A stretch of DNA of 64,000 nucleotides from an uncultured Prevotella sp. (GCA_947170265.1 CAMVSV010000010.1:9702-73701), one strand, 5' to 3'; positions 50,760 to 60,459 are shown, numbered from the stretch's first letter. The notes: generated from the letters alone by a model not told the origin. Numbers and translations: made by a program.

Positions 50760-52008
50760 AATGCGTAAGGATAAGCTCGCAATGGTAGCAGGCATTACAG
50801 CCTGTGTGTGGATAATTATTCAGGTGGTACTGATAATAACTGCTTGGGACCATTTCCTTGCTCCAGACGAGAAGGAGTACATGAGAAGGGCTTTGTTTGC
50901 ATACAACAACAATGTAATATATCCTTCCGTTCATAATTTGAATGACATGTTCACCCATGCACCAGGCCTTGTCAATCTATACATGTTGATATATGCCGTA
51001 TTCAAGTCATTCAAGATTATGATGCTCATCAATTTGCTGATGAACATTGCCATACTTTACGAAGTATACTATATCGCCAAGACTTTCTTCAGCAAGAATG
51101 TTGGTTATGTAGCAGTGATAATATATTGCACTATAGTTTCAACGTGGTTTGTTCCGCTCCACTACTTATCTGACCATCCTTCATATTTCTTATTTATCAG
51201 TGGTTTTTGTCTGACACTTCAGAAGAAATGGTATTTCATTGTCTTAGGAGCAATTTGCTATGCTCTTTCATATACCATACGTCCAACCGTGCTTGCATAT
51301 CTTATGACATCTATCATATTCATGATAGCAAACAAACGTTCTTGGAAATACTATGTATGCCTACTTGTTCCTTACTTCGGGATATTATACGGTATAGGCA
51401 AGTATTTTGAAAACGAGATAGGCATATATACCAACACCTCACATATCACAGGATTTGGAATGGCACATTCTGCCAATGATGAAACATGGGCTGGTCCAGA
51501 TATGAGCTTCTACCAACATCCCGGTAATTCCGCATATATTGAGAACTCTGACAAACTGAATTTCGCTGAGAAAGACTCCATTTGGAAGGAAAGGGCCATA
51601 CAATGGGTTATTGACAATCCAGAGCGCTATGCGATGCTGGCACCACAACGCTTCTTCCGAAGCTATGCCTTAGACGACTGGTCAACCAATGATATTTTCA
51701 CAAAGGATGCCTATGGACAAGCTATTAAGTCAGATAATCCACAACGGGCACTGACATTCCTCAGGGTTAAGCAGTTTATGATTAGCGTACCGTATTATAT
51801 CATGCTATTGCTTTTTGCCTACTCTTTATGTGTTAACCGTAAAGAAATATTCACACGCAAAGGAATAATTCTGTTCATCACATTATTCTATACAGGAACG
51901 ACTTTCCTCTTACTTGCCGAACACCGCTCTCACTATGCCTTCATCTTTCCAATGATAATATGGGCAGCATATGGAGTGGAACAAAGATTTCACAGAAGTA
52001 AGACATAG
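50740..52008 (+). CDS. GT-C fold membrane glycosyltransferase (ArnT/PMT_2-like)
   Basis: 422 aa with about 10 TM helices. The first external loop carries APDEKEYM (compare ArnT/PMT xxDExxY), with a soluble loop between late TM helices. It overlaps wecE by 20 nt. Confidence 0.6.
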   Translation: MRKMLYEMRKDKLAMVAGITACVWIIIQVVLIITAWDHFLAPDEKEYMRRALFAYNNNVIYPSVHNLNDMFTHAPGLVNLYMLIYAVFKSFKIMMLINLLMNIAILYEVYYIAKTFFSKNVGYVAVIIYCTIVSTWFVPLHYLSDHPSYFLFISGFCLTLQKKWYFIVLGAICYALSYTIRPTVLAYLMTSIIFMIANKRSWKYYVCLLVPYFGILYGIGKYFENEIGIYTNTSHITGFGMAHSANDETWAGPDMSFYQHPGNSAYIENSDKLNFAEKDSIWKERAIQWVIDNPERYAMLAPQRFFRSYALDDWSTNDIFTKDAYGQAIKSDNPQRALTFLRVKQFMISVPYYIMLLLFAYSLCVNRKEIFTRKGIILFITLFYTGTTFLLLAEHRSHYAFIFPMIIWAAYGVEQRFHRSKT

Positions 52009-52044
52009 GCATTCAACAAAATACGGGTAACAACGCTAGCAAAC

Positions 52045-52094
52045 AACATTGACAGCAGTTACATTCCCATAGGTTTGTAACTGCTGTCAATGTT
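52045..52094 (+). terminator. Strong terminator hairpin closing the GT2-to-GT-C operon
   Basis: Perfect 19-bp stem AACATTGACAGCAGTTACA(52045-52063)/TGTAACTGCTGTCAATGTT(52076-52094), followed by a T-rich tail. Confidence 0.75.
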
Positions 52095-52114
52095 TTCTAA
52101 GTAAACTTCAGTAG

Positions 52115-52141
52115 AAATACATATTGTAACAATTTGTATTT
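52115..52141. promoter_or_regulatory. Imperfect 12-bp-arm palindrome upstream of citD (candidate operator)
   Basis: AAATACATATTG-TAA-CAATTTGTATTT, with one mismatch between the arms. Confidence 0.25.
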
Positions 52142-52348
52142 TTCTAATGCATGCAAAGAGACTTGATGTTTGAGAAGAAGTGACGAATTAGGACTATAGT
52201 ATCACTTTGCCACTCTCAGCTTACAAATTGACACTACAGATTAAAAAATATATAGTTTTTCACTGAATTATTTGGAGGAAATGCTTATATTTCCTAAATT
52301 AGCCGCGTAATTACAATTTGTTAGCAAACTCTTAAATTCAATACTACA

Positions 52349-52627
52349 ATGAAAATAAATCAGGCTACTGCAGGCACACTGGAGTCGGGCGACATAATGA
52401 TAAATCTCTCGCCGGCCGACAACGAAGGCATAAGCATTGAGCTTAACAGCACCGTGGAATATCAATTCGGAAAACAAATAAGGTCTGTCATAGAAGAGAC
52501 ACTGAGGTCTCTCGGCATAACCTCCGCCTTAGTAAGAGCTACCGACAAAGGTGCTCTCGACTGCACGATAAGGGCACGCGTCACCGCAGCTGCCACGAAG
52601 GCCACGGGAAAAGACGTGTGGGAATAG
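52349..52627 (+). CDS. citD: Citrate lyase acyl carrier protein (gamma subunit)
   Basis: 92 aa. MKINQATAGTLESGDIMI... matches the CitD N-terminus, including the prosthetic-group Ser in TLESGD. Confidence 0.9.
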   Translation: MKINQATAGTLESGDIMINLSPADNEGISIELNSTVEYQFGKQIRSVIEETLRSLGITSALVRATDKGALDCTIRARVTAAATKATGKDVWE

Positions 52628-52669
52628 ATTGCAATCCATGAAAATACTAACCTTTAACACCCAGTTCAT

Positions 52670-53539
52670 ATGCGACTAAGAAGAACCATGATGTTTGTTC
52701 CGGGCAACAACCCGGCAATGATACAAGATGCCCACATATATCATCCTGATGCCATAATGCTGGACCTTGAAGACTCTGTCACCATTGCACAGAAAGAAGC
52801 AGCACGTCTGCTCGTTTACCACGCCTTGAAGACTATTGACTATGGCGACACCGAGATGGTGGTGAGAATAAACCCACTATCCACCCCATACGGCAAGAAA
52901 GACATAGAAGCTGTGGTGAAAGCCGGTGTGCATGTGGTGAGAATGCCTAAGACAGAGACGGCAGAGGAAGTGAAAGAAGTGGAACGAGAAATACTACGCG
53001 TGGAAAACTCTCTGGGATGTCCTGGCAGGACAAAGATCATGGCAGCAATAGAAAGTGCACTTGGAGTGGTTAATGCCTATGCCATTGCAACAGCATCAGA
53101 CAGGATGATGGGTATAGCTCTCGGAGCTGAAGACTACTGTGCCAACCTCAAGACCCAACGCACACCCGAAGGAATTGAGCTGCTGCTGGCAAGACAGACT
53201 ATTGTGGTGGCAGCAAGAGCAGCCGGCATTGATGCACTCGACACGGTGTACTCCAATCTCAACGACATGGAGACATTCAGAAAAGAAGTGGAACTCATAA
53301 AAAAACTCGGATTCGACGGAAAATCCATAATCAATCCAAGGCAAATAGAAATAGTCAATGAGGTGTTTGCACCAAAAGACAAAGACATTGAAAAAGCCCA
53401 AGCAATAATAGCTGCAATGGAAGAAGCACGTCAGAAAGGATCTGGAGTGATAGCACTCAACGGCAAGATGGTTGACCGCCCGGTGGTGTTGAGAGCACAA
53501 CGCACCATTGAACTCGCCAATGCATCAGGGCTGATTTAG
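52670..53539 (+). CDS. citE: Citrate lyase beta subunit (citryl-CoA lyase)
   Basis: 289 aa. RRTMMFVPGNNP start and DLEDSV of the HpcH/CitE family. Confidence 0.9.
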   Translation: MRLRRTMMFVPGNNPAMIQDAHIYHPDAIMLDLEDSVTIAQKEAARLLVYHALKTIDYGDTEMVVRINPLSTPYGKKDIEAVVKAGVHVVRMPKTETAEEVKEVEREILRVENSLGCPGRTKIMAAIESALGVVNAYAIATASDRMMGIALGAEDYCANLKTQRTPEGIELLLARQTIVVAARAAGIDALDTVYSNLNDMETFRKEVELIKKLGFDGKSIINPRQIEIVNEVFAPKDKDIEKAQAIIAAMEEARQKGSGVIALNGKMVDRPVVLRAQRTIELANASGLI

Positions 53540-53580
53540 TAACACAAAGGTAAAGAACCATAAAAAGCAAACTACTAACT

Positions 53581-55059
53581 ATGAACCATATAGCATCAAA
53601 AAACATTGAGCCACGCACCAACAAGCTCACAAACTCTCACAAGGTGGTAGGACTTGAAGAGGCAATAAGAAGAACCAATCTAAGAAACGGAATGACAATA
53701 TCGTTCCACCACCATTTCAGAGGTGGCGACAAAGTGGTGAATATGGTGGTTGACAAACTTGCACAAATGGGATATAAGGACCTGCACCTCGCAGCATCAA
53801 GCCTCACCGATGTGCACGAGCCTCTCATTGAACACATAAGGAATGGAGTGATTACACGAATATCCACATCGGGACTGAGAGGCAGGCTCGCGCAGGAAAT
53901 TTCCTTCGGTCTGATGAAAGAACCCGTGGTGTTCAGGTCTCATGGCTCAAGGGCAAGTGCCATAGCCAACTCAGAGATACACATTGACGTGGCTTTTCTC
54001 GCCGCATCATCGTCAGACCCAATGGGTAATGCTGCAGGATATTCACGTTCTGCCAACGCCAAGAGCATATGCGGAAGTATTGGCTATGCCTTACCTGACG
54101 CACAGTATGCCGACAAGGTCGTGATAATTACAGACGACCTTGTGCCCTATCCCAACAGACCGTCAGGAATAGTTGAGATGGACGTTGACTATGTGGTTGT
54201 GGTGGATAGTGTGGGCGACTCGTCAAAAATTGCATCGGGAGCAATACGCGACACCAAAAATCCGCGCGATATCCTTCTGGCACAGCAGGCTGCTAAGGTG
54301 ATAATAAACAGCGGATATTTCAACACAGGCTTCTCTATACAGACTGGTTCGGGAGGTGCATCGCTCGCCGCCGTGAAATACATACGTCAAAGCATGATAG
54401 ACAGAAACATAAAGGCAAGCTTCGCACTTGGTGGCATCACCGCCCACATGGTGAGAATGCATCAGGAAGGACTCATAGAAAGGCTTCTTGACGTACAGTC
54501 GTTTGACAGGGTTGCCGCAGAGTCGCTCATGAGCGACCGTATGCACAAGGAAATTTCAAGCATTGAATATGCCAGTCCCACAGAACCCGGTTCAGCAACA
54601 CATTTCCTCGACATTGTCATACTCTCGGCACTCGAAGTTGACACAAACTTCAACGTGAATGTTCTTGTTGGAAGCGACGGAATAATAAGAGGAGCCATAG
54701 GAGGACATCCCGACACAGCTGCCGATGCCGCACTCTCAATTATTGTCTGTCCACTTATAAGAGGGCGAATACCATGTGTTGTTGACAAGGTTACGACACT
54801 CATCACACCGGGAAACACCGTAGACGTGGTTGTGACCGAGTATGGAATAGCCGTAAATCCGCTTAGACCGGATATCAAACAAAAGCTACAAGAAGCAAAG
54901 CTTAACATTCTTGACATCAATACCTTAAAGGAGAAAGCCGAACAAATCATAGGTAAGCCTCAGCCACTGCCCTTCGGCAACAAAACCATTGGTGTGGTGC
55001 TTGGCAGAGACGGAAGCGTAATTGATGAGATAAAGAACATTGAAGCAAAGGATATGTAG
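53581..55059 (+). CDS. citF: Citrate lyase alpha subunit (citrate CoA-transferase)
   Basis: 492 aa. ISFHHHFRGGD and the rest of the CitF sequence follow citE. Confidence 0.9.
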   Translation: MNHIASKNIEPRTNKLTNSHKVVGLEEAIRRTNLRNGMTISFHHHFRGGDKVVNMVVDKLAQMGYKDLHLAASSLTDVHEPLIEHIRNGVITRISTSGLRGRLAQEISFGLMKEPVVFRSHGSRASAIANSEIHIDVAFLAASSSDPMGNAAGYSRSANAKSICGSIGYALPDAQYADKVVIITDDLVPYPNRPSGIVEMDVDYVVVVDSVGDSSKIASGAIRDTKNPRDILLAQQAAKVIINSGYFNTGFSIQTGSGGASLAAVKYIRQSMIDRNIKASFALGGITAHMVRMHQEGLIERLLDVQSFDRVAAESLMSDRMHKEISSIEYASPTEPGSATHFLDIVILSALEVDTNFNVNVLVGSDGIIRGAIGGHPDTAADAALSIIVCPLIRGRIPCVVDKVTTLITPGNTVDVVVTEYGIAVNPLRPDIKQKLQEAKLNILDINTLKEKAEQIIGKPQPLPFGNKTIGVVLGRDGSVIDEIKNIEAKDM

Positions 55060-55071
55060 CACTAAGCCACA

Positions 55072-55650
55072 ATGGAAATAACACTGGAGCAACTTCTTCA
55101 AAGCCGAGACAACCGTCAGAGGACCCAGCAAAGACTATTAAAGGCATTTCCGTCATGCACACTCATGTGCATGACGGTGATTATGCCAGGCAAGATTAAG
55201 CGTAACAAGCAATCGCTTACAATAGCAAAAGAAGCAATAAAATCACTTGAACAAACATTTCCAAAGTGCATATATGCCAACAATATAGACATTTTTCACA
55301 AACAGTCAAGCAAACATAAGTCCTTTCACTTTGAATTGGATCTTGAAACTGGCTTTGAGAGCTATTGGCTCGTAGATGAAAAAGAAAAACAATGCAAACT
55401 CAAAGCGTGCGAGATTGAAGACAAACACCCATTGGGACGACTGTTCGACATAGACATTATCACTCGGGAAGGCATTCCCCTTTCACGGGAAAGCCTCGGG
55501 CTGAGACCAAGAAAATGTTTGATATGTGATAAGCCTGCACGACTGTGCATGAGAACACACGCTCACACCTATCAAGAGATACAAGAGTTTATTGATAAAC
55601 TCGTGAGAAACTACCCTACCACTCCATCCGTCATCTCTCAATTCCCATAG
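55072..55650 (+). CDS. citX: Apo-citrate lyase phosphoribosyl-dephospho-CoA transferase (holo-ACP synthase)
   Basis: 192 aa. HPLGRLFDIDII and RKCLICDKPARLCMRTHAH are typical of CitX. Confidence 0.8.
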   Translation: MEITLEQLLQSRDNRQRTQQRLLKAFPSCTLMCMTVIMPGKIKRNKQSLTIAKEAIKSLEQTFPKCIYANNIDIFHKQSSKHKSFHFELDLETGFESYWLVDEKEKQCKLKACEIEDKHPLGRLFDIDIITREGIPLSRESLGLRPRKCLICDKPARLCMRTHAHTYQEIQEFIDKLVRNYPTTPSVISQFP

Positions 55651-55678
55651 TATACACATCCTCCACGCCATTCGCAAC

Positions 55679-57427
55679 ATGTATAACGAATACGAAATAC
55701 GCACCGTTCCCATATCCCTCAACCATTGTAGAAGAGATGTTTCAGAGTTTCTACATAGCAATGGATTACGACTTGACGACGTTGACTATTATGCTTGCAT
55801 CTATCAACTTGGCGACGACACAATAGTTGCAGGAGGAGGATTGAAGAGAAACACTATAAAATGTATAGCTGTAGACAATCACTACAGGGACCAAGGCTTT
55901 ATGGCACGACTTGTGTCTCATCTCATTAGCCAAGCCAACCAGCAAGGATACAACTCAACAAGAGTATTTACCAAACCGGAAAACCGACAAGTTTTCGAAT
56001 CAATGGGCTTCACCCTGATTGCCCAAGCACCTGAAGCCATACTTCTGGAGAACCCACATGAGCTGAGAACATACTGTCAATATCTATCCCGACAGCGCAG
56101 GATGGGAAGAAGTGGAATAATAGTGATGAATGCGAACCCATTTACCAAAGGACACAGATACCTTATAGAGAAAGCTGCATCTATGGTGGAATGGCTTCAT
56201 GTTATAATCGTGTACGACCATGCTGACAAACACACCTTCACCTATGAAGAGAGAAAAGACATGGTGGAAGAAGGTACGAAAGACCTAAGCAACGTATTCG
56301 TAATAGAAGGGAGTGAATATCAGGTATCGCAAACCACATTTCCAACTTATTTCCTTAAAGAGACATCCTCTGCCACGGATACACAGATAACTCTCGACTT
56401 AGATATCTTTACTCACTTCATTGCGCCACACTTAGGAGCCACAACGAGGTTTGTAGGAACAGAGACAAACGACAACGTTACAAGCAGATACAACCATTTA
56501 ATGAAGCAGTTTCTTGATAAGAGAGGATATGAAGTAGTGGAAATACCAAGGCTCACTACTACAGCAGACAATCATCAAGAGCAACCGATATCGGCATCAA
56601 CAGTACGGTCATTTATAAAAGAAAAGAAACTCAACAAAGCCTTTCGTTTGGCACACAAGGTCTCGTGGAAGTACATAATGGCTGCATTGGCGTCAAAAGC
56701 GCTCAAAGAAGAGCTCAACACGTCACCAAAGCCCGGCCTCGTAGACATACTTGACAACGGAGCACACCAGGACATGGACTATCAGCTAATGTCACATAGC
56801 ATAGACACACTGAGACCATTCTTCGCAAGACTATGCATAGAAGGAGAACCCCAAATAGAGGAAATCATAGATATTGGCAAACAGGCAGAAGCTGCCATGA
56901 TGAAAGTAACGAATGGAGTGAACACCCATCGTGGAGCTTTCTTCTCGTTGGGCATAACAACAGTGGCGGCATACAACATATTGGCAACCAATACACCTCT
57001 AACGACGAACAACCTAAGTAACAAAATATCGCAGTTGGCAAGAAAGATACCGCCAGCAACAAACACACACGGAGCAACAGTCAGAAAGACCTTCAACATT
57101 AAGGGGGCACATCAGAATGCCATAGATGGTTATGACACCCTTTTCAACGAATGGCTGCCTTTTTACAGAACGTTAAATGACGATACATACCGGAACCACA
57201 AGACATTGCTGAAAATAATGTCAACGCTTGATGACTCCAACATCTACCATAGAAAAGGAGCACACGAAGCTGCAATGGTAAGGCATGAAGCACAAACTCT
57301 GCTTGACAACTTCTCTACAGAAGGAATGGACAGACTAAACCAACAATACATCGTAAGAAACATTTCACCAGGAGGTAGTGCCGATATGCTTGCACTGACA
57401 ATCTTCATTGACAGCCTGTGCGAATAA
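55679..57427 (+). CDS. citC/citG: Fusion protein: [citrate (pro-3S)-lyase] ligase CitC (N) plus triphosphoribosyl-dephospho-CoA synthase CitG (C)
   Basis: 582 aa in one uninterrupted frame. The N-terminal half has a GNAT-like domain plus a nucleotidyltransferase motif (VMNANPFTKGHRYLIEKAA). The C-terminal half, from about residue 335, has SPKPGLVDILDNGAHQDMDY, NTHRGAFFSLG and SPGGSADMLA. Confidence 0.8.
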   Translation: MYNEYEIRTVPISLNHCRRDVSEFLHSNGLRLDDVDYYACIYQLGDDTIVAGGGLKRNTIKCIAVDNHYRDQGFMARLVSHLISQANQQGYNSTRVFTKPENRQVFESMGFTLIAQAPEAILLENPHELRTYCQYLSRQRRMGRSGIIVMNANPFTKGHRYLIEKAASMVEWLHVIIVYDHADKHTFTYEERKDMVEEGTKDLSNVFVIEGSEYQVSQTTFPTYFLKETSSATDTQITLDLDIFTHFIAPHLGATTRFVGTETNDNVTSRYNHLMKQFLDKRGYEVVEIPRLTTTADNHQEQPISASTVRSFIKEKKLNKAFRLAHKVSWKYIMAALASKALKEELNTSPKPGLVDILDNGAHQDMDYQLMSHSIDTLRPFFARLCIEGEPQIEEIIDIGKQAEAAMMKVTNGVNTHRGAFFSLGITTVAAYNILATNTPLTTNNLSNKISQLARKIPPATNTHGATVRKTFNIKGAHQNAIDGYDTLFNEWLPFYRTLNDDTYRNHKTLLKIMSTLDDSNIYHRKGAHEAAMVRHEAQTLLDNFSTEGMDRLNQQYIVRNISPGGSADMLALTIFIDSLCE

Positions 57428-57540
57428 AATGATAAATGACAAGTCAGGAGACAGCCTCCCTATACTCCGAACCAAAGGTTCTCCTCCGTAGACTCCTTAC
57501 TTCCTATCATCAGAAATTTCACATGATACATGAAAAAAGG

Positions 57541-57572
57541 TTTGGCTATTCCGAACAAAAGCTTTATATTTG
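57541..57572 (+). promoter_or_regulatory. Bacteroidetes-type promoter of the S41 peptidase gene
   Basis: TTTG (57541-57544), a 20-nt spacer, then TATATTTG (57565-57572), 32 nt before ATG 57604. Confidence 0.5.
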
Positions 57573-57603
57573 CAATTGCAAAAAACCAATACATAATAAT
57601 GAT

Positions 57604-59547
57604 ATGGAAAGATATTTACTGACGATTGTAGCCGCCATAATGGCTACGATGACGACGCATGCTGACCCAGGTTTTCTGACAAAGCAAGTACCGGTCAATC
57701 GTGGGGGAAAGGATGATGGAAACGTAACGTTGCGCTTCTACGAGGATATGCCTTCGATTGCCTACATCTCTGCGGCTGATTTCCAGGCTCTTGTGCTCCC
57801 AGGTTCCACTATCAACGTCACCAAGGACGGTGACACCTACAGTCTGCAGAACCAATATGCCACAGCTACGGTCAACACGGCTACTGAGCAGTTCTCGTCA
57901 GACAACTACATGGCGTTTACCAATCTGATGAGTCTGATACAGGAGGAGGGGATGGACAACGTCTATCTTGACGGAGCTCCCTATATTCGCTACAAAAGTC
58001 AGGAACTGACACCAGTGTCGGTTGCCGTTACCTTCGACTTCCAGAAATACGGCATCGACCTGCGTGGTGACGATGAGGCCGTGTATTTCCCGTTTGCGAC
58101 GATTGCCGACTTATACAGCGACCTTTATTACCATATAGCAGGCTATAATGGTGAGAAGGTTCTTGTGGTGACGGATAACAACTACGCGGAGATCTGCACC
58201 TTCGAACCCGAACGGGCAAAAGCCCTGCTCAATCAGACCACACGGCAGGCAGACCTGGCTGACTTCACCTATGGAGAGTTTTGTTTCGTCATTGACAAGT
58301 TCTATGGTATGCCCGGCCGCTCACCCTATGAGAATACCATAAAGGAGAATGGTCTTGACAAGTCGCTGAGCGATAATCTCATAGACAATGGCGCTGTCAT
58401 CAAACAACTGTTGAAGAGTACTGACATGAAGGACTACATCTTCGGCATGAACTGTATGCAGATGTTACTCTACGACGGCGGACACACAAACTTAGCTGTT
58501 GACCTTAGAACTTATATGGAGCTTGAGGATGAAATTACCACTTCCAAGTGGATAAATGGAATAAAAGCCATGGCTGCAAGCTATCCTGAATTGTCGCAAC
58601 AGTTGTTTGATTTCTACAGCATCCTTTTCAACAATAAAAGAAATACGGCTATAGAAGAAGCTCGTGAGCAAAAGGGATTGGACGAAACATCATACTATTA
58701 TAAAGAGGGCGACACTGCGTATCTACTATACCCACAGTTCGGGCCTACGAATTTCCTTGACTGGCAGGCCTACTATGATGGTGGTTGCCAAGGAGACATA
58801 CCGGAAGTAGATTTCGACGACAACTATGGCGACCTGAGCGTTGTGCTCGATGCCATGAACAAAGCCAACGAAGACCCCGAGGTAAAGAATTTTGTTGTCG
58901 ACCTGTCGCTCAATCCAGGCGGTTCGCTCGACATCGTAATGGCGATGACAGCTCTCATGAACGGGCAAAGCCACTTCTATAGCGAGAACACCCTGACAGG
59001 GCAGCGGCAGCTCATCGAATATGACGTGGACTGCAACTTCGATGGCGTGTTCGATGAGAAAGACAAAGAGGTGTATAAGAACTACAACCTGAACTATGCC
59101 GTTCTCACCTCCAAGGAATCGTTCTCCTGTGGCAATCTGTTTCCTTCACTCATGAAAGACATGGGATTCCCCATCATCGGCGAGACGAGCGGCGGGGGCG
59201 GCTGTGCGGTGCAGAACTTCATCAGTCCCGAAGGTCTGCAGTACCAGATATCATCGTATCGTGGAAGACTGACAGACCAACATTGGACAAGCATAGATGC
59301 AGGCGTGGAGCCTGACTACCCCATCGTTGTGACTACTGATGGAGGTGAAACCTACGACTACTCCGGGTTCTACGACGTGGCGGCAATCAGTAATATGATA
59401 AAGGAAGCCACCGACATCAAAAGCCTTCACGCTCCTGACTACCAAGCACAAAAAGACTTATGGTACACGCTCGACGGCCGTAGGGTAACAGTTCCTGCAG
59501 CCAAGGGCATATACATCAATCGCGGCCGCAAGGTTGTGGTGAAATAA
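57604..59547 (+). CDS. S41-family peptidase with T9SS-type C-terminal sorting tail
   Basis: The ORF track starts at 57436. I prefer ATG 57604 (MERYLLTIVAAIMATMTTHA signal peptide), which lies downstream of the promoter. S41-like motifs VDLSLNPGGS and LTSKESFSCGN...GETSGGGG; C-terminal LWYTLDGRRVTVPAAKGIYINRGRKVVVK. Confidence 0.7.
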   Translation: MERYLLTIVAAIMATMTTHADPGFLTKQVPVNRGGKDDGNVTLRFYEDMPSIAYISAADFQALVLPGSTINVTKDGDTYSLQNQYATATVNTATEQFSSDNYMAFTNLMSLIQEEGMDNVYLDGAPYIRYKSQELTPVSVAVTFDFQKYGIDLRGDDEAVYFPFATIADLYSDLYYHIAGYNGEKVLVVTDNNYAEICTFEPERAKALLNQTTRQADLADFTYGEFCFVIDKFYGMPGRSPYENTIKENGLDKSLSDNLIDNGAVIKQLLKSTDMKDYIFGMNCMQMLLYDGGHTNLAVDLRTYMELEDEITTSKWINGIKAMAASYPELSQQLFDFYSILFNNKRNTAIEEAREQKGLDETSYYYKEGDTAYLLYPQFGPTNFLDWQAYYDGGCQGDIPEVDFDDNYGDLSVVLDAMNKANEDPEVKNFVVDLSLNPGGSLDIVMAMTALMNGQSHFYSENTLTGQRQLIEYDVDCNFDGVFDEKDKEVYKNYNLNYAVLTSKESFSCGNLFPSLMKDMGFPIIGETSGGGGCAVQNFISPEGLQYQISSYRGRLTDQHWTSIDAGVEPDYPIVVTTDGGETYDYSGFYDVAAISNMIKEATDIKSLHAPDYQAQKDLWYTLDGRRVTVPAAKGIYINRGRKVVVK

Positions 59548-59569
59548 CTCTTCCCACTGTTGACAGATG

Positions 59570-59613
59570 ACAAGAGGGCGTGTCAAGGTAACAGACACGC
59601 CCCCTTGTCTTTT
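59570..59613 (+). terminator. Rho-independent terminator of the S41 peptidase gene
   Basis: 15-bp stem with one mismatch, ACAAGAGGGCGTGTC(59570-59584)/GACACGCCCCCTTGT(59594-59608), followed by CTTTTATTT. Confidence 0.7.
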
Positions 59614-59742
59614 ATTTACACTAATCTTAGCTATCTTCACATCGTTCTTTCCAGGGCAGTTCTCCTTTAAATTGTCTGTCCCATAAGACGCTTGCCGGCT
59701 TGATGGACATTCCAGTCTCCCAGCCAGCCTTTTTCCCTATCG

Positions 59743-60459
59743 TCAGCGTTTTTTCTCCTTTTTCTTACCTTCAAACATCATCCGCTCCAATTCATAGACT
59801 CGCGTAATCTCAAAATGGATGGTCGGCTGATCGTAATAGGAACTGCTTTCGTCTAAGGTAATGATGTCGCAACAAGCTGTCGCTGCCTGTCCCTTATACT
59901 TCCACAGATCCAGGTAATGGCGCATAAAACAATACTCGTCACTGACCTTGGTCACATAGAAAGGCGCATCGTGTGAACCGTCTCCGGTCATTGCGATGGT
60001 ATTGAAGATCCGCATAGCCCGAAGCCCATATGTCTTGGCTTCCTCTGTCAAGGTGCTGTCTTGGTTTGCTGAGTCCTCGGCCATGGTCAGCAACGCATTG
60101 ACTGCAGTGATCAGCGCATCAAGGTTCAGCGGATTGACGGCAAGCATCTTCCTCGCTGTGGCAACACACTCTTCAAAACTCCCTTGGTTTTCCTGCTGAA
60201 TCATTTGTCTTCTCAGCGCATCTTCTTCGTCATTCGTAAGGAATGACTGACCATAGAAAGCCAAGATCCTATCTTGCCATGTCAGGGTCGTGTCTAAATC
60301 AACGTCAGACAGTTTCATGACCAGTTCTTTCACCTTTTGCGGATGGTCTTCCACTTCTTTCCTTATTTGGCTCCAATCAACAGGAAGCAGCTCCCTTTCT
60401 TGCGCAACAAGGTTTGTCGCACAAAAGAGCATGCAAATTAAGATACATAGTTGTTTCAT
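59743..60459 (-). CDS. Hypothetical secreted protein (possibly DUF4919-like)
   Basis: 238 aa with a signal peptide (ILICMLFCATNLVAQ). The family guess is from memory only. Confidence 0.5.
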   Translation of the reverse strand: MKQLCILICMLFCATNLVAQERELLPVDWSQIRKEVEDHPQKVKELVMKLSDVDLDTTLTWQDRILAFYGQSFLTNDEEDALRRQMIQQENQGSFEECVATARKMLAVNPLNLDALITAVNALLTMAEDSANQDSTLTEEAKTYGLRAMRIFNTIAMTGDGSHDAPFYVTKVSDEYCFMRHYLDLWKYKGQAATACCDIITLDESSSYYDQPTIHFEITRVYELERMMFEGKKKEKKR

